Shown: positions 12,101 through 16,299 of the stretch, piece after piece | Position numbering within the stretch: position 1 is the first letter of the stretch | Layout of the letters: each line of letters opens with the position of its first letter | Virus record (IMG/VR): IMGVR_UViG_3300045988_139407 | Strand: one strand, 5' to 3' | DNA from: a virus | Length of the DNA stretch: 63,275 nt | Translations under genes and position numbers: made by a program | Notes under the pieces: model-generated | What the model saw: only the letters and a program-made list of their open reading frames with translations | What the model was told of the DNA's origin: nothing | Database searches by the model: none

Positions 12101-12757
12101 TACTTCAAGGACTTTATCCTTAGCGGTGACATGGAGGGCGTGGTGATGACTTATCAGAGCTGCCAACGCAACGGTATTGATGCTGAGGCTCAGATTAAGG
12201 CTGCCATCGGCAGTGTGAAGGCACTGGAGAGTGCAGAAATGAATGATGGCGTGACTTCGCTGCAGGTGGCTTGCAAGCGCTTTGATGCTGCCAAGAGTAT
12301 CACGGAAAAGAAGAAGATGCGCCAGAAGATGAAGAAATTCCTCTCGCAGAGTGATTACAAGGCTTTCACCCAGAAGGAGGCTCTGGACATGGTGCAGGGT
12401 TATCTGAACGGTGATGAAGACTTGAAGGAAATGGAGAAGGCTGAAAGCAAGTACCTGATGAAGGCTAAGGCAGAGGACGTGACGGAGGACTGGAGAATAC
12501 AGAACGTCTGGAACGGAACCATGGAGACTTATCAGGAGTATCAGCGCTTGAAGGATGTTGATAAGGCGAAGGCAAATGCCTTTAAGAACAGCAAGACCAA
12601 CAAACGGCTGTTTGCGGCTAGAAAGGCTATCTCTGCTGCAAGAAGAAAGATGAATAAGGCTAAGAAGCAAATGGATGGTACAAACGATGCTGCCAAACTG
12701 GTAGAGATTCGGAATACCAGAAAGGAGCTGCTTGAAAAGCTGAACGGAATGGAGTAG
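1..12757 (+). CDS. 3' part of the giant ORF; the whole gene (60617..63156 + 1..12757) is 15,297 nt / 5,098 aa; polyvalent virion/ejection protein candidate
   Basis: The frame is open from nt 2 (codons GCT GCA CGT = ..AAR, the same residues read at 63158 onward) to TAG 12755-12757. The track ORF 50..12757 only starts at an internal TTG. Multiple enzyme-like motifs are listed separately. Confidence 0.85.
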   Translation, partial: AARNDEKKLEYEKTLGLASVLEGEFHNEFTQEHLEGLYNKAAQKYNMGEKLTDEDKAAVYLHQNAGAIKEIMDKQQKGIILTDEEQKQINAYRHYYDSALENSSVMREFVNTFEDSNGVARGTLRKALESKDKKYAPLVESYLKELYNSIELKREMKQTMDDLYNTSHGNEQKRIEGENPVSPVEGSAGGQEPPVSEGPASYQDRTKSVPTPSDAEVAANPANVSNSSAEGASPETKVAGSDAFVMGQNAYKNGDSEALQAIDYNSDLATGRLKRAFADNEKMPDIVANAYNEGRDMEQFVAQRASSLTPAQKEAISKYVEAMDAKKGAIDALQHADDGYGEALKEQLWPYQTEDGNIMPATLDSGKQVFLKKANEYGGAFVVVPDEQGQPTIKQVSNAEIREVGTPVPLDEYIESSLAQQKDARNKQFISQFDGSGLKPNDQVTVAMEEGDANINMTFAGYSEDGKIVLTDGKDYLPLSKEEFAAWRKNALDNTINEHLDREDDEREQKAVSQAEADKKERFAKGIVGLSEGHPDYSSKDTDAKVAAEYLQEQYGEDHGKLLNLVNGSRDDIKTQLANKRKAAAEYQNWLDTNADLDPEKAKKVEDELSLVNEQIADLDARFKNWNTIRNSVMTPDEVKAMTEERKAEVEKAGVDETAIVPSDDFHVLVLDDKELKKQYPTMDEATDYITSQRKDIYHTQEDVERKINGVNDMLDQYINGETELDPNQLMELNTTKAQLEAQQSNLSVAAKGLKAQANKLSKLYKTEVSQQEMEELGMTPSEQRKVLASDAIKKNDLGAIIKIYKDASVDITDLTPQTLEEAVSEYLSPHSLNPESLQYELGKSNFKFGIGKGYDSNKFNYLIAKKGTGMSVNEFAVKVYNDLPVNLLDMGYTDQDVRNALLDMFKSYDSVKDMKNVAPMNRIAAAEDELSSEEEFYEAQKEREIIERQAEIEKYKSYIHEKALSLPSESELDYIKGLEFDRMMEIEDREREYKQYVKSILPELADYDDRSNEEGYGGGSSLGSDSSRRGVDEGNSQGEEVGNGEASSESEIGEGSDSGRKGRQEVSSMEPGEGSVVRGSHLPQEASFGERLKSAIAETETEPTEAQKKAGNYKKGHLTFGGYDFTVETPKGVTRSGKDEQGKPWSVTMHDTYGYILGKIGVDGDHIDMFINDAADLDTFDGNVYVVDQVNPETGEFDEHKVMYGYPSEEAATEAYLANYSNGRKGLGKVTSVPKATFDKWLESSDRKTKPFAEYAMVQKEQAKFDRDVKEVEPSEMTEAQKVAYDAVSTMLKKAGIPVKVVSNEDMEKVAEAQDNLNLAMLLNQPEMRFKIKTPEEKQAAENAYNFAKELRPDKWKQYAVVDMSNPNKMPEYFEKQELARKERSYYNKLMWGNYKVFNLDKSFEDNVAGLTGSFPSEFDPYKIDEQTNKRNELKKQMKETEEAYKSTGQERKEYQNQLMKEYMDEHGLDSENDIPDDVWNDCRNKSFEKYQDKLDSLFAKYKDLDRQLKAVAEPGVQYLKGKGVVYGYTDGKEIVLNQEHLNPNTPIHEYQHLWRTAAKKMNPELIEYGDKLIMQTQLFADLKQDPNYNHLTDEQICDEAFARLTGEDGAAILEQMAKDAIKENPLDTAKELSVINKLKEWLKKFWYWTLDTFTKWKPEDIKKMTLEDIRNLVLRDLANGVDPRNVKSRMTKEDAVSLRKQMADNAEQERILEHTEENWQKEFGKDSRVTTPIGSIKLGENQYKKAGRNDRIKRFGLLKPTLERPDVILEKSAPKEGAERQTKYLFIKSFKKADGNKILNYESITVKQGEEEVAISAHQIDPSKVVKELTESKVLWNRFRGDSNSLGENQGSALTPSANNPSGKDSVLNPHSGAKIRNNIETAKGNGGNLSVEDKIKAVSRQFGVDEADVAMYANAIKKGSTAEAARARANIKRHLLQANEDKISSLKELLKYTKPVNEALKENFGDLDAMIEERVKQVEAQRNAMEAARKRAEEEEAKRQKHLEELSLIPDDQLDKQYMDALAKGDDDTAREMLDEAARRKGYDDTESSYQGVGAWKAPGNPGYESDKARRDDWESSGSDVNLEDMALGYTPQPDDYFSHPERYSQNTPHGLESVKAINTAIDAIKNGEKDVKVKVYRAVPTSVKEGKLRNGDWVTPSKKYADIHGNNRLEGKYRIIEDEVPATQLWWDGNDANEFGFDDGKEYKYKNAKNNRKLNDLVTYDDKGDVIPPSKRFNSRKSDIRFHRVTEPEELERLNKEKTFRMYSGMQEVDGKLYSPMAAIIDGKRTDATEIGAWMGADERPDLVKGGKFQLVKTDKNPGAGEGPVRAAYNPYMHTSTSMMNDQFTGAYARGNIKVVEWEIPESEKTSGYRAEGAKDAVGLVPWHSGSVNGLLPKDRQRSVMLSRWRKAVRVVPDSEVAESIAEQLEGTGLAIPWNVVTPNQVRELVKLGVPITTVESGLQAPETKEKFMAQMEELKKEFPQAQFVDVKMTKDAYKEWGILKFSLGEKNGTDVADENGDSMNKNPNKNVITRRIGSRAQAQARVNETLGAAAADFRRDQTAAAKNQQGTWDRGSVLGHVIRAAKANASFIPQEELKKIVGETIGHGEENYVYHAKYDNQKVIKLNDFTMTDNLFRINEFIDRINAHNEFMPEDKYTPLGFAYNHKGDPCIVMEQPYLKGTQPTREEICQYLMDHGFKLDMIQISADESDIGWSNGKFDLWDAEPRNVIKDENGDLHFFDTMIQHTYIPNHKNQLRLSKPSIRTFESQGMMDSAARVQRVANVLGGAEAVTYASSADVPEEYRIAIEQGARGWYDPTTHTVHVYLPNCADANEAERTVLHEKIGHEGMEVLLGGEDEVRKFANFVYRSVGKDIRGKIIDFANKYDPDWKNPDRMNVGTQEYIARLAEEGPKTAEDFSLWTKIKHYLIKVLKKLGVRVPGLLNDKDLRYYLMKAGKALHVWDNMPKEKQEAMMKQASNAEIKDALSDGAGKGKPRQKKGESTIQYMKRVQEWRKWKNAREDENDPEPPMFYDIDKDEEGKKEWAQLNKDWRERHHLASEEPMGMPIRMEGEEDGAYMTRIHEYEKWKDAMKDQEDPMPDMFAFEKKKQEEVKRKYEDWLARHELLEQQQADLDLYEGKIYPTETNPKADALEQQVMQDLAEVTSTDVSKEGAAKTVKHAVIHRRKNMEEASADDAIYINDVKNRIEKMADSGAFDKLLSDYKGKPNRAEKLAEAIPYIIEAPRRLRDLANDLNATGAFDKGHIHIQPTDVEAIQPFVADLIAQTGKRHTELKDGKEVEVYDDPQAVSEVASKMAQTINANHQGEEGFVPIDGSDILSEHVLPLVKQQIVPEGIDYKNLSPEMKASIDSIRYWYNYTYDWLKDNHTLREDTGYNADYVNHIWDKEKSDKQAYAMYVENRQRTKSPNEKPRTISTLMEGISVGLVPKTTDITKMMAYYSRSNIEAWVNKTMLQELSGLNVIERNEDGEIISSDPLLSSTPPFNLEQYKYFEIPGLGPVWVYKGNAKDYTIPNIITGKKILLYRQKSAAKRFGVVFEQYESSPFWETVDTLASSAKKLELGFSGFHAGALTEVYMVQNMVEFGPKKAMANFMKYIFVDTAKNHELPCFANPEDFQEAASHLVKFGATNDYAAADVQNMFDNMRDAMIKVQKKLKDGNKISGTVALATMPLKVATQMLSLINKGMDRALWDFLHDGLKLATYRMRADKTKERAKEKGWTEEELSRALDEDGQFVNDMFGGQHWDVLGASHRTLRYAGRVLLSPDWNASTTRHFLALTGYGSIWNEATFENFKQYYKRLKHKELIPEDEGRRSRQISALLCYGIGFMVFYEGIANGINAAFRALDEEKERKKAEEIRKTNPSYKSMYELAYPDGMKWYDYLMRGNSLGQQSKIFMGRYADGTEMYIRHGKQFREVPEYLFNHKGELEFPGPMVQRMIGKANPMVRMTLDDINYLSDFQASHADQEIQRKYGKTIGLLYKDALYWAPFLIPSQENKEFKAVDFFFPSSKGFSPWKAQSYFKDFILSGDMEGVVMTYQSCQRNGIDAEAQIKAAIGSVKALESAEMNDGVTSLQVACKRFDAAKSITEKKKMRQKMKKFLSQSDYKAFTQKEALDMVQGYLNGDEDLKEMEKAESKYLMKAKAEDVTEDWRIQNVWNGTMETYQEYQRLKDVDKAKANAFKNSKTNKRLFAARKAISAARRKMNKAKKQMDGTNDAAKLVEIRNTRKELLEKLNGME
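3335..3670 (+). other. Inorganic-pyrophosphatase-like domain inside the giant ORF
   Basis: GNYKKGHLTFGGYDFTVETPKGVTRSGKDEQGKPWSVTMHDTYGYILGKIGVDGDHIDMFI...DEHKVMYGY parallels the family I PPase core (EIPKG..NKYE ... YGFIP.T...DGDP.DVLV ... D.K.I). Confidence 0.45.
4550..4690 (+). other. Zincin-like metallopeptidase motif region (HEYQH) inside the giant ORF
   Basis: GVVYGYTDGKEIVLNQEHLNPNTPIHEYQHLWRTAAKK. The HExxH motif is at nt 4649-4663. Confidence 0.45.
6419..6550 (+). other. Possible ADP-ribosyltransferase-like R-S-ExE triad inside the giant ORF
   Basis: VYRAV (Arg codon 6422-6424), WVTPS (Ser codon 6482-6484) and IIEDEV (E-D-E 6542-6550). The Arg-to-Ser spacing is shorter than in classical ARTs. 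Confidence 0.3.
7790..8260 (+). other. Protein-kinase-like domain inside the giant ORF
   Basis: Gly-rich loop plus Lys (IGHGEENYVYHAKYDNQKVIKL). Catalytic-loop-like DAEPRNVIKDENGDLHFFDT (D..P.N at 8171 onward; the D of the DFG-equivalent FFD at 8225-8227). Confidence 0.55.
8441..8600 (+). other. Second metal-binding-like motif region (HEKIGH, HExxxH) inside the giant ORF
   Basis: GWYDPTTHTVHVYLPNCADANEAERTVLHEKIGHEGMEVLLGG. HEKIGHE is at nt 8525-8545. Confidence 0.35.
9035..9376 (+). repeat. Two protein-level repeats of about 45 aa inside the giant ORF
   Basis: EWRKWKNAREDENDPEPPMFYDID...KDWRERHHL (9035-9172) versus EYEKWKDAMKDQEDPMPDMFAFEK...EDWLARHEL (9245-9376). Confidence 0.7.
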
Positions 12758-12769
12758 CCTTCGGGCTAC
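12754..12769 (+). other. Perfect 6-bp hairpin with TTCG loop overlapping the giant-ORF stop codon
   Basis: GTAGCC TTCG GGCTAC; the TAG stop is at 12755-12757. Confidence 0.6.
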
Positions 12770-12805
12770 TTCACTTTAGGAAATGTTCTATATTTCTACA
12801 AACAG

Positions 12806-12839
12806 AAAAAGGGACTTGCTTCACAGCGAGTCCCTTTTT
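12806..12839. terminator. Bidirectional rho-independent terminator between convergent genes
   Basis: AAAAAGGGACT-(12 nt)-AGTCCCTTTTT: A-run, 6-bp GC-rich stem and T-run, so it can serve both strands. Confidence 0.75.
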
Positions 12840-12930
12840 GATAGTCGTAAAATTCTAAATTCCAAATAAATTTTATTTTTAAAAAAAAGATTAAGATCGT
12901 ATTTTGAAAATTGAAGATGTTGGAGCGATG

Positions 12931-13404
12931 TTATCCGAGAGAAGTACCAGATGCTTTATCTGGTTCATTTTTTGGTGTTGCCCAGCGTATGTAATCAGCC
13001 ATGCTGTCATCCATGCGCTGCTGCTCACTCTTCGGATTCTCCTTCTTTTCCTTTCCCCAAAGGCGTCTGGCAATATCATCCAAACACCACTGCCAATCGT
13101 CTCGAAGAGTGATGACCTTGGAACTTGGCATGATGGTGACATCTGCCTTTGGTGGGTCAACATGCTTGGTGTTGCCATCCTTATCGGTCTCCTCCTTGGT
13201 ACTGAGAGAGGCGAAAGGCACGTTATTGTCGTTAAGGAACTTCTCCACATCCTCCTTCTTGTTGTCGCAGAGAAGAATGCAGACGGAAACCTTATTTTTC
13301 TTCAAGGTGGTGAGGGCTTCTTTCGCCTTGCCTACCATGGAGAGGTTGCCTTTATCATCTTTAGTAATGACGCAAGCTTCATGTACATTGATTGATTTAC
13401 CCAT
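12931..13404 (-). CDS. Hypothetical protein, 157 aa, single reverse-oriented gene
   Basis: ATG at 13404. Balanced composition (MGKSINVHEACVITKDDKGNLSMVGKAKEALTTLKK...). The three other ORFs overlapping it look like frame shadows. Confidence 0.6.
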   Translation of the reverse strand: MGKSINVHEACVITKDDKGNLSMVGKAKEALTTLKKNKVSVCILLCDNKKEDVEKFLNDNNVPFASLSTKEETDKDGNTKHVDPPKADVTIMPSSKVITLRDDWQWCLDDIARRLWGKEKKENPKSEQQRMDDSMADYIRWATPKNEPDKASGTSLG

Positions 13405-13469
13405 GATTTAAAACGTTTTAAATTGAAATGCGGAACAAAAATAAGGAGAAAATATGAGAAAGTAATGTT

Positions 13470-13517
13470 AAGTTGCGCAACTTATCACTAATAAGCGAGA
13501 AAAATGCGGTATTTTTG
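13470..13517 (+). promoter_or_regulatory. Late-type promoter: AAGTTGCGCAACTTATCAC + 21 nt + TATTTTTG
   Basis: 19-mer at 13470-13488 and -7 box (TAnnTTTG) at 13510-13517, 17 nt before the portal ATG. Confidence 0.65.
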
Positions 13518-13534
13518 GCGAAAAATTAAGAATT

Positions 13535-15586
13535 ATGGTTGACAATCATGTAATAAATGACATATCGAACTATGCAGAGCCGGGACCAGACTCACTTGAA
13601 GGAGTGAGCCGGGAGCGGTTTACGCAGAGCGAAAGCAATCTTCGGTTGCTGCAATGGGCTTGCCAATACTTCTATGATGGTGCAGAACTGAGAAAGAAGT
13701 GGAAGCGAGCGCAAGACTTCGTGATGGGAAGACAGTTGGAAGAGCTGATAGAATGGAACGGAAGAAAGATTACCATCCGGCAGTATATGGAACTGAAAGG
13801 TATGCCAATACTGGAATACGATGTAATCGGAGACAAACTTCTTTCGCTCGTTGGTCTTGTGCGCCAGCAGCGAAGTACTGCGACATGTAGTGCCGTGGAT
13901 CCAAACGAGGAAGACTATATCAGTTTCTTCAATGAGTATCTTCGTCAGAACGACAACTTGAACGACAGGCAAGAGTTAGATGCAAGAATGTTTTACGCCT
14001 TCTGCTGCTTTGCCTTTATAGGCATGAAAACCTATTATGGCAGAAGGGATGGCAAGAATGGTATCTTTGACTATTCTGTAGACATCTTTAAGTTAGCTTT
14101 ACCACCTTTCTTTAAGTATGACCTGAGCGATGTGGAATTTATTGCTGAGGCTCATGATTTGACTTGGCGAGAGATTATTGCTACCTTTACAAATGGAAGC
14201 AAGGAAGAGGCTAATAAACTCAGTGAGATCTATCTACAGACGCAGCACCATTTTGCGCCCGAACAGACTTATCACCCGACTGGTGAAGCCCAGTATGCCG
14301 GAATAGATGATTTCACCCATTCTTCAGTAGTAGGCAAGTACCGGGTATTGGAAATCTGGACAAAAGAAACCAGACCAGCCATTTGGGTTCATGACTGGGA
14401 GAGTGGAGATTGCGGCTATGCTTCTCCTGACCAGCGAGCCTTCTATGAGGAAAAGAAGCGCAAGATAGAGGAATCCAACATCATGAAAGATGAAAATGGC
14501 CTACCTGTGCTCGATGAGAATGGTGAGCCTATCTACTATGTGGACCCTTCTGAACTTAAGACCATCGAAATTAAGGATGAGGCTGAAACCTACTGGTTCA
14601 GAAGATATATCACACCGAATGGCTATCTGCTGGATGCCAGGGAATCACCATACTATGTGCTCAGGGACGGATTCAGAACCTCTATCCATCCATACACCTT
14701 CGTTGCCTATCCATGCTTGAATGGCGAGGTAAGAAGTTTTACGATGCGAGCCGAGAACAACCAGCGCACCTTGAACCATTATATGATGATGATCAACTTC
14801 ATTGTAGCGAATGGTGCCAAGGGAACGATGCTTGTGGACGAGAACGCATTGAGCGAGAAACAGAGCATCGATGAAATGCAGGTGAACTATACCAAAACAG
14901 ATAGTATTATCTTGTGGAACTCGAAGAATGGAGGTAAACCACCTCAGACACTGGTCAACAAGAGTATTCCGGCAGGTGTTGACTTCATGGTGAACTTTGC
15001 CAAGACGATGGCAAGCGAGGGAAGTGGTGTGCAGGGTGCTCTTCAAGGACAGCACCGGAATACCAGCGGTAAGCAATATCAGTTGGAAAGAGAATCATCA
15101 TCTACCACCATACAGGACTTTGTTGAGAGTTTCAACAACTTTAAGGTACGTGTGGCCAAGAAGAAACTTTACCTGATACAGGAATTTTGTACCGATGCTG
15201 ACAGCGTGAAACTGACAGGTGATGAATTTGAAATTCACTTCAATTCTGAGACCATGAGGGATATGGATTTAGATGTTTCTATCGATTTGGATGCATACAG
15301 TCCACTTATCAGAGCTGCCAACAACGATATGGCTTGGCAGATGATGGTGAGCGGCAAGATGGATCCATATACGATGCTTACGGTAGCTAACTTCCCTGGT
15401 ACAGGAAGAATGAGGAAATACTTCAAGGAGCAATTGGAAAAATTAGAAGCTCTTCAGGCACAGCAAGCAGCCAATGGGCAGATGCCTTCTGACGGAGGAC
15501 AGCAGACTGCAGCACCAGATACGCACCTGAAGGATTCCAGTGATGGAGCAAATGATTTGGCAGCTCTTCCTTCGGCAGCTATGTAG
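13535..15586 (+). CDS. Portal protein candidate, 683 aa
   Basis: Size and position (first gene behind a late promoter, adjacent to the terminase operon). No specific motif was recognised by eye. Confidence 0.55.
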   Translation: MVDNHVINDISNYAEPGPDSLEGVSRERFTQSESNLRLLQWACQYFYDGAELRKKWKRAQDFVMGRQLEELIEWNGRKITIRQYMELKGMPILEYDVIGDKLLSLVGLVRQQRSTATCSAVDPNEEDYISFFNEYLRQNDNLNDRQELDARMFYAFCCFAFIGMKTYYGRRDGKNGIFDYSVDIFKLALPPFFKYDLSDVEFIAEAHDLTWREIIATFTNGSKEEANKLSEIYLQTQHHFAPEQTYHPTGEAQYAGIDDFTHSSVVGKYRVLEIWTKETRPAIWVHDWESGDCGYASPDQRAFYEEKKRKIEESNIMKDENGLPVLDENGEPIYYVDPSELKTIEIKDEAETYWFRRYITPNGYLLDARESPYYVLRDGFRTSIHPYTFVAYPCLNGEVRSFTMRAENNQRTLNHYMMMINFIVANGAKGTMLVDENALSEKQSIDEMQVNYTKTDSIILWNSKNGGKPPQTLVNKSIPAGVDFMVNFAKTMASEGSGVQGALQGQHRNTSGKQYQLERESSSTTIQDFVESFNNFKVRVAKKKLYLIQEFCTDADSVKLTGDEFEIHFNSETMRDMDLDVSIDLDAYSPLIRAANNDMAWQMMVSGKMDPYTMLTVANFPGTGRMRKYFKEQLEKLEALQAQQAANGQMPSDGGQQTAAPDTHLKDSSDGANDLAALPSAAM

Positions 15587-15693
15587 AAAAGAAGTTCTTA
15601 GGTAATTCATAATATTGAACGAAATGTTGTTCAGTTCTTAGATTAGATTATTTTATTTTTTAGGTTTATTAGTTTTTAAGGTTATTTAATTGT

Positions 15694-15727
15694 GAAGAGG
15701 AAGCCGTGATGGTCTCCTCTTCTTTTT
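15694..15727 (+). terminator. Rho-independent terminator after the portal gene
   Basis: GAAGAGGA-(13 nt)-TCCTCTTC followed by TTTTT. It lies between convergent genes. Confidence 0.7.
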
Positions 15728-15729
15728 GT

Positions 15730-16197
15730 TTAGTCAATACCATGTATCTTCTTGTATATGCGTAACTTAAACATCGGGGTAGAAACTCGGTACATGTAGT
15801 ATTCTTGCCATTGTTTCAACTTCTTGGCTCTTACCTTGTTGTCGGCATCGCAGCCGATGGCTCCCCACTTGGAAGGAGTGTAGTAGTAGGAGGCAGCCTT
15901 GATGTCTTCTACGTTCTTGAAGTAGCGTGTTGCCTTCCACTTGCCCATCTGGACTAATCTTCGATATGCGAGCATATTCTTTCTGTTAGGATCGTAGGTC
16001 ATGATCGCAAAATCTTTATGCGACTGGTCGTAGAGCATGTAGAAGCGAGGCGCACCACATTCTTTATACTTGGCAATGGTTGCCTTGACTCCTTTTTGCC
16101 ACATGCGTGTGGCACGGAAGAGTTCGATACGAGTGACGATAGGCTGGTAGATGGCTATGAGCATCTTACGCAGCAGGTTTGAATAACTTTGTTTCAT
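15730..16197 (-). CDS. Hypothetical protein, 155 aa
   Basis: ATG at 16197, last gene of the minus-strand terminase operon. W/Y/K-rich globular composition. Confidence 0.6.
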   Translation of the reverse strand: MKQSYSNLLRKMLIAIYQPIVTRIELFRATRMWQKGVKATIAKYKECGAPRFYMLYDQSHKDFAIMTYDPNRKNMLAYRRLVQMGKWKATRYFKNVEDIKAASYYYTPSKWGAIGCDADNKVRAKKLKQWQEYYMYRVSTPMFKLRIYKKIHGID

Positions 16198-16232
16198 TTT
16201 TCTTTTTACTTTTAATTATTAACTTATATGGA

Positions 16233-16262
16233 CAGGCGATAGAATCGCCTGAAACGGTGACT
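16233..16262. repeat. Conserved intergenic hairpin element, copy 1 (copy 2 at 45788-45817)
   Basis: CAGGCGAT-AGA-ATCGCCTG followed by AAACGGTGACT. Copy 2 reads CCAGTGAT-AGA-ATCGCTGG followed by GAACGGTGGCT. Confidence 0.6.
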
Positions 16263-16299
16263 ATACAGGGGACGTATCATGCTGCTGGATAGATAGAGG

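Noticed and set aside
12891-13411. Three further ORFs (12891..13250 minus, 12904..13395 plus, 13001..13411 plus) overlapping 12931..13404
   Set aside because: Only the 157-aa minus-strand frame has an ATG start, a balanced composition and flanking promoter/terminator signals. The others are S/L/C-rich frame shadows.
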